Positions 24,079 to 36,260 of a stretch of 64,000 bases of DNA are shown in pieces (the first letter of the stretch is position 1; each line of letters begins with the position of its first letter). A model generated the notes under the pieces. That model was not told the DNA's origin and did not search any database. It saw nothing but the letters and a program-made list of their open reading frames with translations. Source of the DNA: the human T2T-CHM13v2.0 reference genome, Homo sapiens; the NCBI RefSeq assembly GCF_009914755.1, contig NC_060947.1. The stretch is one strand, 5' to 3'. Both the position numbers and the translations under genes were made by a program.

Positions 24079-24459
24079 GCAATGAGAACACTTGGACACA
24101 GGAAGGAGAACATCACACACCGGGGCCTGTCGTGGGGTGGGGGAAGGGGGGAGGGATAGCATTAGGAGATATACCTAATGTAAATGACGAGTTAGTGGGT
24201 GCAGCATACCAACATGGCACATGTATAGATATGTAACAAACCTGCACGTTGTGCACATGTACCCTAGAACTTAAAGTATAATAATAATAAAAAAGAATAT
24301 ATATACAAAAAAAAGAGAAATCAGTAATTTAACTCAGAGAACCAGGGAGCTTTTCATAGCTGTTTTCTCAGGATCTATGCTGTCCTACAAGGAAGCCCCT
24401 TCTATGCATGAGGAGAGGGGAGGGGTCATTGCAGTGGGGAGAAGAGTGTGGTGATGAGT

Positions 24460-24745
24460 AGCATGCATCAAATGCCTATTTTGTCCCTGGTGTTACACTA
24501 GGCTTTTTTTTTTTTTTTTCGTTATAGCCACATTAACCCGGTCTGATATACTTAGGTGTCTCAATGGTCTCATTCCACTTGACACTTTGAATAAATATTC
24601 TTTTCCCCATTTTACAGGTAAGGAAGCTGAATCTCAGAGAAGTGAGTTGCCTAAAATCACATAGCCAGTAAACAGTGGTGCAAGGATTCAGTTCCAGGTA
24701 TGTTAATGAATAGAGTCAAGAGTCTTTCTCTGACATTCAGGACTC
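24460..24745 (-). mobile_element. MIR carrying a small poly-T insertion
   Basis: ccccattttacaggtaaggaagctgaatctcagagaag core. Confidence 0.8.
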
Positions 24746-26029
24746 TAGCCAGCTCCCCAGGGACTCCAATTGAAGACTGAGTCTCAGTCAGGGGCTCATG
24801 GTCCCAAATATCCTTTAGAAGCAGCAAGTCTGGAACAGGCCACGGCAGGCCCAGCAGCTGCAGGGGTGTCACACACTGCTGTACTGCCTGGCCCAGAGCC
24901 TCATTTTTCTGTGTCCCAGGCCTGAAAAGCTGGGCCTGTTTTCAGGGTTGGACTAACTTTTTCCCCACAGAGTATGGATAGTCCACAGTGGAGCCAAATG
25001 GAGGCTGCTCCCACCCCTTGAAAGAGAGGAGAAAGGGGGAAGGGGTGCAGAACAGCCTTCCAGAAGGGATAGCTTTGCCGAGTTTCAGCCTAATATCCTG
25101 GAGCTATTCCTAGGTAGATTGTGGTCAGTGGAATTATGCTTTTATCAGGCTGCTGGGAGTTTCAATAAAATCTTTATGGCCGGGAAAGTTCTCTTTATGG
25201 AAATCAGATTATTGAAGTGCCTGCCGGAGGAAGGGCATCACCAGCCTGCCTTTCTCCCCACTGCCTCCTTCCTCCTCTTCAGGATGGCTTCCCCACTCAG
25301 TTTCCTCCCTCCCCTCCCCATGGGCCCCCAGCTCCCAGGACAATTTCAGCTCCACAGGTTGAAACACAGAGAGTGCCTTGGCAAGTAAATGAGCACTAAG
25401 GGAACTTATTGAGGGTGTTGGTGGGACTGCAAAATTAATGTTGCAAAATAGCTCTTGCCCTGTCCCCCCTTCATCTTTCCCATTGAGAAGCCCTGGTTTT
25501 GCCATTTCTGGGTCAAGTTATCTCCACTCCTGGCTCACTATGTTGGCAATTCCTAGATTCTAATCCTTGGGACACAACTGAGCCCTCCTCTACCCCCACC
25601 ATCTCCTGCCCTGTCCATCTGTCTACAGAACCTTCTGGAACCTTCCTGCCTGGCATCTCATGGGGCTGGGGTTGAGGCCTGGTCCTGAGGCAAGGTTGCT
25701 ACAGCTCTATGGGGACTAGCTTGGGAGTGTCCTGCCCTGTAGCTCTTTCTTGGGGGTGGAGGAGCAACTATGGTTGAGGCCCCCCACACTCTATCCCATA
25801 AACTGTCTGCTGGGGGAAGTCTTGCCTCAGGAGGTTTTCCTTGTGGCTTTCTGGGAGGTTTTAATTTAGCAAAAAAAGGAAAGTGGTTTGGACCAAATGG
25901 TCTCTTTCAGGACTAGAGTCTTTAAAAAGCCCCCCTGAAATCTGGTGCTTTTGCCTACCCATGTTCTCCCACTGCCTATCTTCCAACATCCTGTCCCCAG
26001 TGTCTTCTACTAGGTGACTAGTTAGAAAA

Positions 26030-26165
26030 ACATCATGTCCTCTGAGGAACAGTTGAAAGAACTGGAGGAGAGAAGACTGAGGAGGCCTGAGTCTATGTCT
26101 TCAGCCCTTTGAAAGACTGTCATGAGGCAGAGGAAGTGGACCCTGCATGGTCCCAGGAGTACAGT
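26030..26165 (+). mobile_element. L3/CR1 fragment
   Basis: gaggaacagttgaaagaactgg...gagaagactgagg...gtcttc...ttgaaagactgtcat resembles the CR1 EERLKEL...RRLRG...VFKYLKGCH segment. Confidence 0.65.
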
Positions 26166-26199
26166 TAAACGAGGCCCCAGCTGGTATGTTCACTCTGTT

Positions 26200-26322
26200 A
26201 TCACACAAAGCATTGTTCCCATTTTATAGATGAGGAAACTGAGGTCCAAGGCCACATAACTAGGAAATGGTGGGGCTGCCTTTCAAAGCCAGGTCACTTG
26301 ACATCAAATCTAGCACTCTCCA
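26200..26322 (-). mobile_element. MIR
   Basis: cccattttatagatgaggaaactgaggtccaaggccac. Confidence 0.8.
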
Positions 26323-26919
26323 TATCCCGCTGCTCTGAGCACTGGACAAAGGCAACCAGTAGGCAGTGTTGGGTTCAGCATAGGCAACCCTTTTTAGCTA
26401 TCCCTCAAAGCAGCCCCTACCCCACCCATGCAAGGTAGAGGCTGAGCTGTGCATACCCCCAGGCTGTTCCCAACCACTGCCTATAACCCACTCTGTCTAA
26501 CCCTGTCTCTTCTCCACCCCTCACCCTGCCTTAGACCTTTGGCCTGTATCCCAATTCTGCATCTACCTCTGACATTCCTATTTGCCTGGAAGTAACACTC
26601 ATTCTCCCAAATTGACATGCCCCAGAATTTCCTTACTCCCAGGCTGGCTTTGGACCTTTCAGAACTCAACTTAGCCCAGCTAGTTTGCCCTGTGCTCCCA
26701 TCCTGTCCACTCCTGCCCTCCCGACTTAGACAATAAGGAAGAACTTCCTGACAGTCAGAGCTGTCCAAGGATGGCTGGGCAGAGCTGGCTGCCCGGGACC
26801 AGGCATTAGGTAGGGGGCTGTCCAAGCTGGGAATCCTTCCAGTGGTTTCCATTGATTTACATATTCATCTTTCCTGCGTGAGCCCTTCTATTATAATTCA
26901 TCGGTTTTGCAAGCACCCT

Positions 26920-27250
26920 CTTGTTTCCCATTCTTTCTTGCTGTCTCCTTCTGCATCCTTGTCTTCATCTGACTTTCTCCTCTTTCTGTTTATTTTTCAC
27001 TTTGATTCTCTCTTTATCTTTCTCTGTGTATTTTTACCTCCTCACATTTATCTCCCTTTTGCCTCCTCTGTTTCTGTCTTTTTCTTCCTTCCCTCGATCC
27101 TGAGTCTCTTTCTCTGTGTCCTCCCTGCCCCTTCTTTGTCTCTCTAGCTCAGTCCTCCATCTGTTTCACTTTTACTCTGGGTCCCACTGTATTCTTCTTT
27201 CTCTCTCTCCTATTTTCCCACCTTTCTCCCTTTCTGTCTCTGCCTCGCCT
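26920..27250. repeat. Pyrimidine-rich (CT/TC) low-complexity tract
   Basis: ~330 bp nearly devoid of purines on the + strand. Confidence 0.85.
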
Positions 27251-27839
27251 GCCCCAGCCCCTCCCTCAGAGCCTCTCCTGACCGAGGGTCTGCTCTACTT
27301 GGCGAAGCCTGCTTTCCTCAGCTCTCTACAAAGGAGCCACCTGTGTCTTTTGTGTCTCTCCAATCTCAGGCTGTAACTTCTGTGGCAGCTCATACTGGGA
27401 AGCTGGATTTGAACAAGATCCTCTTGGCCCCTGGGAAGCTGGAGGAAACCCTGGGTCCTGCAATTTCTTTCCCCAAAAGAGGAAGTTACATTCTCAGCCT
27501 CCTTTAGGCCTCAGCTGGAGCTCCTGGTCTGCTCAGAACCATGGGACTCAGGAATAAGCGGGCCCTCAATGACACTTAGGAAGTCTGGTCTTTTGAGCTC
27601 AGCTCCACCATGGCCACCCTTTCTCCATATCTGGAGGTCACTCCCCTCCTCTGGCACCCACTTCAGGTCTGGCCCCACCCTTGTTCCAGAATTGCTGATG
27701 CTTACTCTCAAAGGAACAGGAAGAAGCCCAGTATTGCTGAAGTCTAGACTGTGGGGTGACAATTTGGCCCCAGGTGGCCTAGAGCAAGAGCATAGCATGG
27801 GAAGAGTAGAGGACTCAGGTTGAGAGTGGGTGGGAGAAA

Positions 27840-28770
27840 TCAAGGGATGAAACTGGAGAGGTAGGCTGGGGCTAGGCCAAAGAGGAGGGTTGGATTTTAT
27901 CTTGAGACTACTGGGGAGATATTGAAGGTTACTAAGCAGGGAAGAGAGAGGGCCCTATCTGGCCTCTGGATGGGTCCTGGATTGCAGAGGGGCAAGAGAA
28001 GAAGCAGGGAGAATGGTGAGAAGGCTGTAGATGAAGTCTAGTTGAGAAATAATGGAGCTTTGGACCAGGGTGGTGGCAGTGGAGATGGAGAGGAGTGGAC
28101 TTTTCATGGCATATTTAGGATGTGGGATATAGAGTTTGGTGGTTAATTAGCTGTATGTATGGTAGGAAGGGAGGTGTCAAGGCAGATTCTGGCTTGTACA
28201 GTTGGGTGGCCGGTACTACCTGCTATTGGCATGGAAAACATAAGAGGAGGAACAGTTTGGAGACAAGATGAGTTCCGGGTTGGCCATGTGGAATCCAAAG
28301 TGCTCATGGGTCATCCTGATTGAGATAGCAGTCAGGCAGTGGCAGGTCCTAGAGCTCAGAAGGCAGGTCTGGAGTGGAACTAGAGATGTGGGAGATGGCC
28401 AGGGAAGCTGTGGGAAGGGGTGAGCCAGCCCAGAGCAAGAGCATGGCATGGGAAGAGGAGAGGGCTTAGGTTAGGGTCTGGGGAGATTTTCAGGAATCTG
28501 CAGAGCAAAAGAAAGTCTGTTAAGGAGACTGAGCAGGATGGCTCAGAGAGATTGGATGCCTGGAGAGCACAGGGGCAGAAAAAAACAAGGAAATGATTAG
28601 TGCCAAAAGGAAGGGGTCATCAACTGTGTGAAATGTTATGAAGTCAAATATCATGAGGAAGGAAAAGTGTCCAGCAGATTTCATGATGAGAAGTGGTGAC
28701 TTTCATAAGAACATTTTTCAGCAGTGATGGGCATGGTAGCTGGACTGCAGTAGTTGAAAAAGTGGGGACA
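27840..28770 (-). mobile_element. L2 fragment
   Basis: ttggattttatc, ggaccagggtggtggcagtggagatggagaggagtgg, gatgagttccgggttggccatgtg. Confidence 0.8.
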
Positions 28771-28925
28771 GCCAAGAGTGTTTGCCCTAATCCTGCCACA
28801 TTCCACTCTATTTAATCATGTTCCTCTGCTCAGGAATGGAGAGGAGCCACCAAGCTTCCATTGCTTTCCACTACCCTGAGGTCTGAAGTCTGATTTTCCC
28901 TCTCCCCACCCATGACTCTCCTGTG

Positions 28926-28929
<4 letters not shown>

Positions 28930-28956
<27 letters not shown>
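28930..28956. repeat. (CA)n microsatellite
   Basis: ~13 CA units. Confidence 0.95.
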
Positions 28957-29344
28957 GACAGACACATGCTTCTTCACTTCTTTTTGCTTCAGCAGGCTGA
29001 ATTCTAGGGTTCCCCCACCCTTTCCCACTGCAGACTCAGAAATAAATTGTTCACTGCCCCAATGGTGAAATCTTATCTGGTCTGGTAAAAAAAACGTGTG
29101 TCTGGAGCAGCTGAGCTCCACGTTTCAGCCAAGTGGGTGAGCTGGCCGCTGGCTGGCTGGCTAGTGTGCAGCCTGGGGTGGGGGCAGGGGTGGGAGATGG
29201 GAGGAGGAAGGGGAGCAGAGACTGGGATGGGTGTGAGGAGCAGGGGAAGGGGAGGGGAAAGAAGAAAGAAGATTGGGAAGTGGGAAGCGGGGCAAGGAGA
29301 GCTGTGAATGCTGAGAGGCTGGAAATGTTGAAAATGGAACTGCT

Positions 29345-29465
29345 TCCTGCAGTCAAAACTTGTGTCTAAATCTTGCCTTCACTACTTGCTACCTCTGTGG
29401 CAAGTAACTTTCCTCTCTGAGGCTCAGTTTGCTCATCTATAAGATGGATTTCATAATAGGTATCT
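29345..29465 (+). mobile_element. MIR
   Basis: ggcaagtaactttcctctctgaggctcagtttgctcatctataagatgg. Confidence 0.8.
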
Positions 29466-30884
29466 TATTGTACTCTTCATCAGGCAGAATATTTTCTTCT
29501 TACTCTTACGGTCATTGTCCTTGTCATTATTATTATCAGGACAGTGCTGGTGTTGGGAGAAAGCCAGGCAGCTTTCTGGGGACCTTGCCTGAGCTACAGA
29601 AGCAACCACCCTGGGTCCCTGGGCCCCAGAGTCCTATACTTTCTACCTGGCTTTCTTTTCAGGGAGTGCTCGGGTTGTCTGAAGCTGGTAGTGGCAGCCA
29701 GCAAAGATGTCCGGGGCAAGCTTTAAAGAATGGCCATCTGGCCCCAGGCTTAGCAGTTCCTGCAGCCCTTTTAGCTTTTGCTCAGAGACAGTCTGCAGAA
29801 GGGAAGGCAGCCCAGCCTCAGGGGCTGGAACTCCACCTGCTTAGACACACCTATCTTAGCTGTACACCAAAGCCAATCCATTTTCAGGCCTGACTTTTGT
29901 GAGCCACGACCGCAGCTTTCCACAGACACCTCCGGCCAGCTGCTCACCACATGCTGCCTGGGTTTGGAGATGGGAGAGCTTCTGATGCCACAGGAGGACA
30001 AGGAGGCCAGAGGAGCACACAAGGCATGCCATCCACCCACCCCCAGGATCCTGATGTAGAGGCTGGTGTTGCTCTCAGGCTTAGTGCTGGCGAGCTCTAC
30101 CTTCTCCTGTCCCTGGATCTGCGGAGTCCTGAGGAAACTCCAAGCCATGTCTGCCCCTTTGTGCCTACTGCTGCTTCTGCTCTAACCCCTGCTCTCCTGC
30201 CCTGTCAGGACGTTTCAACAAAAGGAGATCTACTGCTGAGGGGATTACGACTGATGGAAAAGAATCCATCACAGCACTAGGGCAGCAGGAAGTGGAGAAA
30301 TGAGACACACTTTTCAGTTTGGGAGGGGGATGCCACCTCTTTCTGATTGGCAAGGCAGGAAGCTGGGGCCCAGACCATGCAGAAAGCCAAGCCAAAAGGG
30401 TGCTGGTGCTCCTCCGGGGCTGTAGGCCAGGAGCAGCAGTGGCAGACCATCTGGATGCAATCAAGCCTGCAATGACCTCATGGGGAGAAGGGGGGAGCCC
30501 CCAGAACTGAGAGCTTTGGGCCTCGCTCTCACTGATGAGGGAGGGAGAGGAGCTGTGTGGGGATGAGACACGGAGCATTTAGTGAAGTGAGAAGTATGAA
30601 AATGGATGAGTCAGGACAGAGGGGAGAAGCAAGCTGCCATCCTCGACTCACTTGGACTCAAAACTTTGAGAGAACCAGCCTGAGGAGAGCCAAAGCAGAA
30701 GCTGAAGAAGAGCTCCCATTCCCCAAGTCCATGGGCTCCAAGTGCAGCCTTGCTTGGAAAGGCAGGGACAGCAGCATGTGGCAAGGTAGGTTTCAGATGG
30801 GTTCCAGTCCCTGCATAGACTTAGAAGTTGGTAGGCAAGGTAGCTGGCAAGGACTTTCCAGTGTGAGAGGACTGGGTCCTTTCG

Positions 30885-31290
30885 GATGATCCCTTGGAGA
30901 GGTCTGTAGGGCAGAACAGGAGAAGTGGAGTCCACAGTGCAGTACAGGGGAACTGGCAATGGCCTGAAGCCCAGGTCCCAAGCAGAGCTAGTGGAGGAGC
31001 TGGAGCTTCACAGCTTGGAGCAGAGAAGGGAGGGGAACAGGATCGTTGTCCTCAAAGTTCAGAAAGGCTGTCATGAGCAGAGGGAGCAGACAGTTTCTGT
31101 GGGGCCCCAGGGGGCAGAGATGCCTGGGCAAAAGCCACAGGGAAACAGAGTTCTTCAGCTTAATCCAAAAAATAATTGTCTTAAGAACTGTCCAAGCATG
31201 AAATTGGAGAGGAAGGAGATAGTGAGTGCCCCATTACTGGAGATGTGTGAACAAGGGCTGGACAGCCACATTGTGGATATTCAAAGAGTA
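30885..31290 (+). mobile_element. L3/CR1 3' ORF2 fragment
   Basis: Translation ELVEELELHSLEQRREGNRIVVLKVQKGCH; gtgagtgccccattactggagatgtg...ggctggacagccac. Confidence 0.75.
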
Positions 31291-31949
31291 GAGGCGGATG
31301 GTCTCTTGGCATCCTCTGGCGACCCTGTCATGAGACTGCCTGGCTCCATGAATGAGGTTACTCACCTGTGTGAGATGCAACCCAAGGAAAGAGCACTCAC
31401 TCCTTGGAGCTCTCCAAGGGATGGTGACTTGAGTCTGTACCTCCCAAGACACCTAGCTCGATGTGATAACATCATGTGAGCATTTGCTTATGTGGCTGTG
31501 CTGTTCTTTCATCATTGGATCCACAGGCCTTGGGCCTCTTACAATATCAGCAACATCAGCATCTCAACACACTGAGTAGAGTGGACATGTTTGATGATAC
31601 ATTTTTTTTCATACCGCATGGCTCCTAATAGCTTCCTATGGGGCTCAATCCAGAAAGCAGCGATTGGTTTCAACTTCATGGGCAATTGAAGGGATTCTCC
31701 GGGGTGATTTTGACTACCTGCAATTGAGTCTTATAGACTGACTTAAGATGCTAAGCTCATGTAAGGCGTGGCTTCACAAGATGCTTTATAACACTGCTAG
31801 GCACAAAGCAGTGTGCTGGGGAAGGTATGGTGTGAGGGCCCAGACACAAAGGATCTCTTCCTGGAGGCCTGATGCCTCCATCCTTCCCTTAACAAAGGAC
31901 AATTACCTCCCCTCTTCCCCTGCTCCTCCGTTGGAGATCCTGTTGCTGC

Positions 31950-32659
31950 TATCTTCTAAAGAGATCCAGACTCAGACCATTTTTTTCCATCTCACCAGTT
32001 TCATTTTGGTCCAAGCCACCATCATCTCATTGGAGCAATCCCAAGAGCTTCCTCACTGCTTTCTCTGCATTCACTCCTGCCTTCCATGCTGTTTGTTCAC
32101 CCCAAAGTGGCTAGATCATTTCTGTTAAGATGTGAGTCAGATCCTGTCACTCATCTGCTCAAAACCCTCCAGTGGCTCCATTCTTCTCAGAGCAAAAGCC
32201 AAATGACTTACAAGGCCCTACAAGACCTGGCCCTCATGCCGCTTCTCAGACTCATTTCCCTCCACTCCACCCATCACTAGCCATTCCTCAAACCCACCTC
32301 GATACCTTTGTACCGCTCTTCCTGCTACTGGAGACACTCTTTCTATAAAACTTGATATAACTCATACCTTCACTTCCTTCAGTCTCTAATCCAATGCCAC
32401 TTCATTGGAAAGGCCTTCTCCCTGACCACATTATATAAAATAGTGACTCCACCAGCCTATCCTACCCAGCACTATCTACTCTCCTCACCTGGATTTCCTT
32501 TCTCCATCACTTCTCACCATTTGACGTATTATATATTTATGTATGTATTTTACCTTTATTTGCCTATTAGAATATAAGACAGGGTTTTCTGTTCTCTGCT
32601 GTATCCCCAGCATCTAGTGCCTGGAGTGTAGTATGTGCTCAATAAATATGGAATGAATA
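31950..32659 (+). mobile_element. L2a 3' portion
   Basis: ggtccaagccaccatcatctc, ctgctcaaaaccctccagtggct, end gtgctcaataaatatggaatgaata. Confidence 0.88.
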
Positions 32660-33534
32660 GACAATTTAGAACATACCCCTATGGGCCCTCACAACCAGGG
32701 CAGAGAGCCAATTGCCTCTGTCCTAACACTCCATGCTTCCTGTTCTTTAATGTCACTCATTCTGACCTCCTGGACACTGGGCTCAGCCTGACTCCACTCA
32801 TGAAGGCTTCCTTCCTGCCTTAGCTGACACTTTAGCCTTGCCCTTCTGTTTTTCTAATGCCTGTTTCCCACCTGCCTGATCCTTTCTGCTAGCCACAGCT
32901 AATCCTCTGGCCTGGCATCCTTACATGTGAGATGCAGGACTGTGGCCAGGCACTTCCTGGCTCATCAGACTCCCAGGCCTGGAATGTGTCAGGCAGGCCT
33001 ACGCTGCACACTGCCACCACCTATGCCACTCCAACCAAAAGTACATGCTAACTTGCTCATAAGCACCCCAAGATGTTGAGAGAGGAGGGTTGGGGGAGAA
33101 TTATTTGGAATTTATGCTATCTGAGCCTCTTCAGAGAGAGGCAAGCCTAGGACACAGTACTCTGGAAGGAAGTAGTTCCTGCCTCAATGGACAGGTTCCA
33201 TGTTTTGCTGAGTTGGAGGTGACCCTGTAGAGAAAGATCAGGGCAAAGACCTGGCTCTAGAGGTGCAGAGAAAGCCTTGAAGGAAGCAAACAACACAGCT
33301 TGTCAGTGAGCAGCCCAGTGTTGGGAGAGGGCCAGGTGGCTAAACACTGGGGCTCGGGAGCTCTGTTCCTGGGGTAGTGACTGGGCCAGATGCACCTGAG
33401 AGTAACTTGGTACAAAATTCAGGGGCCTAGACAGAGGTCACAGACTCTCTTGAGTAACCAGGATCACTAGCTCACACTGAGGGCAGAGAGGAGAACTGAG
33501 CAGATGTGTAACAAGAAGCAGAGAGAGCACCAAC

Positions 33535-33710
33535 CACTGTACTAGACACTTTGGATGCATTTTTTCACAACAGCCTTATGAAATATGCATGATTATTCCC
33601 ATTTTACAAATGAGCAAAGTGAAACTCAGATTTGAAATGACATGTCCAGTGTTACAGCTACAAAATGGCAGAGCCAGAAAAGAACTTCTGACTCTGATTA
33701 GGTCTTTCTA
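33535..33710 (-). mobile_element. MIR
   Basis: attattcccattttacaaatgagcaaagtgaaactcaga. Confidence 0.75.
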
Positions 33711-33896
33711 CCAAATTTGCATTGAGTGTATCCTGTGCAGTCTGCACTTTGCACCTATTGTCCAATTCGCACATTTGGACAGTCCCCCAGGGTAGGTGGT
33801 GTTGTTCCTGTTTCATAACTTAGGAATCAGGCTCAGGACTGGTTAAGGGACTGCCCCAGCTAGTGAGAAGTGAGGCTTAGTTTTAAACCAACTTCT

Positions 33897-34176
33897 TTTT
33901 TTTTTTTTTTAGACAGTCTCACTCTGTCACCCAGTGGCACGATCTCAGCTCACTACAACCTCTGCCTCCCAGGTTCAAGCGATTCTCCTGCCTAAGCCTC
34001 CTGAGTAGCTGTGATTACAGGTGCGTGCCACCACACTTGGCTGATTTTTTGTATTTTTAGTAGAGACAGGGTTTCACCGTGTTAGCCAGGATGGTCTCGA
34101 TCTCCTGACCTCGTGATCCGCCTGCCTCGGCCTCCCAAAGTGCTGGGATTACAGGCGTGAGCCACCATGCCCGACT
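33897..34176 (-). mobile_element. AluSc-like (inserted in a MIR)
   Basis: gttagccaggatggtctcgatctcctgacctcgtgatcc; TSD taaaccaacttct at 33884-33896 and 34177-34189. Confidence 0.95.
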
Positions 34177-34494
34177 TAAACCAACTTCTATTACATTCCA
34201 AGGTCCATAACCTTTTTACTATACTCCCCAGTAAACATTTTGTTGAAAGAAAAAAAAAAAACAATGAATGAATGAACAAAGACAGCCAATTCTTGGGGAT
34301 TTTGGAAAGAACACTTGCCTGAGAACAGGTTGGTCTCAAGTGGGGGCTAGAAGTGAAGGGGGTCTCAAGAGCCATCTAGATTGGAAGGGAGGGAGGATTT
34401 TAGATGTGTCCAGAGGGATTGAATGAGACTGGACAGTTTTCCCCAGGCCCTGTGGCACTGTCCTGGGTAGTGAGGCCAAGGTAAAGGTTGGGAG

Positions 34495-34975
<481 letters not shown>

Positions 34976-35406
34976 ACTGGGAATTCCAAGTCTTGGAGGA
35001 ACAATGTCCTTCCTCCACGCCTCCTTGTGTCTGCTCTTTCCTCACAAATTTCACCCTGTACGTGATTCCTGAGTATATTCCCTAAAGCACAGCCTTGCAT
35101 TGTCATTGCTCTGCTTAAGAACCTCCCATGTCTCCCTATTGCTCATTGCTTCACTCCAAACAGCTCAGCTTGTACAGCCCTCAAAGCCCCCCCTTCTGTC
35201 TGTTTTCTCAGGACCCTTTCACATAGACCTTCTCCTACTGCCCCCAACATGCCCACAGGCCTGGGTCTTCCCCGTGGGCCCTGGTGTACTGTAAACCTTC
35301 AATGCCTGATGGCTGGAGGAAGGTGCCCAGGCATTTATATGAGGAATTCTTCCTTTCTACCAGCACATCAGGTCAAAAAGGGCAGGGGTTTTTTTGTTTG
35401 CTTGGC

Positions 35407-35440
35407 GTGTGTGTGTGTGTGTGTGTCTGTGTGTGTGTGT
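35407..35440. repeat. (GT)n microsatellite with one interruption
   Basis: Direct observation. Confidence 0.95.
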
Positions 35441-35829
35441 CCTTTTCACTGATGGGTCCACAGCACCCAGGACAGGACCCAGCACATAGTAGATAGTAAA
35501 TAAGTAACCACTGAATGAATGAATAAATGAGTGAATTCAAGCTTCTCTGTAATCTGGCTTCAACACACTCCAAGCCTGACCCCTATGTGCTTCAGCCCAA
35601 TGGAACAAGTCCTTGTTCCCCATGTACATCCTTTAATGTTCCCACAACCTAGATGCCCCTACTTCCAACAATCACATCTTCATATCTGAGCCATTTTCAA
35701 GACTCCACCCAAATGCCATTTATTCCATGAACACTTCCCTAAACACTACAGCTAGCCATGACCTCTTCTTCTGGGTTCTCTGTAGTGATTGATACCTCTC
35801 TTAAAGCCTCTCTCCATTTTTTGGATGTA

Positions 35830-36260
35830 GCAGAAGGAGTCAAATAGACTTGGGCTCAAATCTTTTATCTGCTACTTACTAGCTGCATGATCTTTGACCT
35901 GTCACTCACCTCCCAAGCCTCAGTTTCTTCAACTGTAAATTAGACTTACAATAGCACTTACCTCATTGAGTGTATGTGAATTAAATGAAACAACTTACAA
36001 CGATGAAATGAAAACAGCTTAGTGCTAAGTGCATATAATGATAATATTATTATCATCAACAACAACAATAATAATAGCAAAATGCTATTTATGTATCTGC
36101 ACAATAATAGTACCTTCCTATGGGGAAGGTGCTATTGTTATTAATTCTCTCATTTTGCAGGTGGAGAAACAGACCCAGAGGTTTTGTAACCTGTTCAAGG
36201 TCACACTACTAGCAAACGGTGAAGCTAGGATTGACAAACCAGGCCGTCTGCTCTGCCCAG
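35830..36260. mobile_element. Two MIRs in opposite orientation (+ ~35830-36030; - ~36070-36260)
   Basis: gcctcagtttcttcaactgtaaat and cattttgcaggtggagaaacagacccagag cores. Confidence 0.75.

Noticed and set aside
24520-24548. Faint resemblance of the micro-insertion to mitochondrial 12S rRNA or a box D snoRNA end
   Set aside because: Match too short and gapped to support
26842-27376. Hydrophobic Leu/Phe/Ser-rich ORFs resembling membrane proteins (also 39416-39803)
   Set aside because: Artefact of CT-rich low-complexity sequence
29429-30889. Cluster of 100-154 aa ORFs
   Set aside because: One starts in a MIR, they overlap in all frames, and none shows recognisable homology
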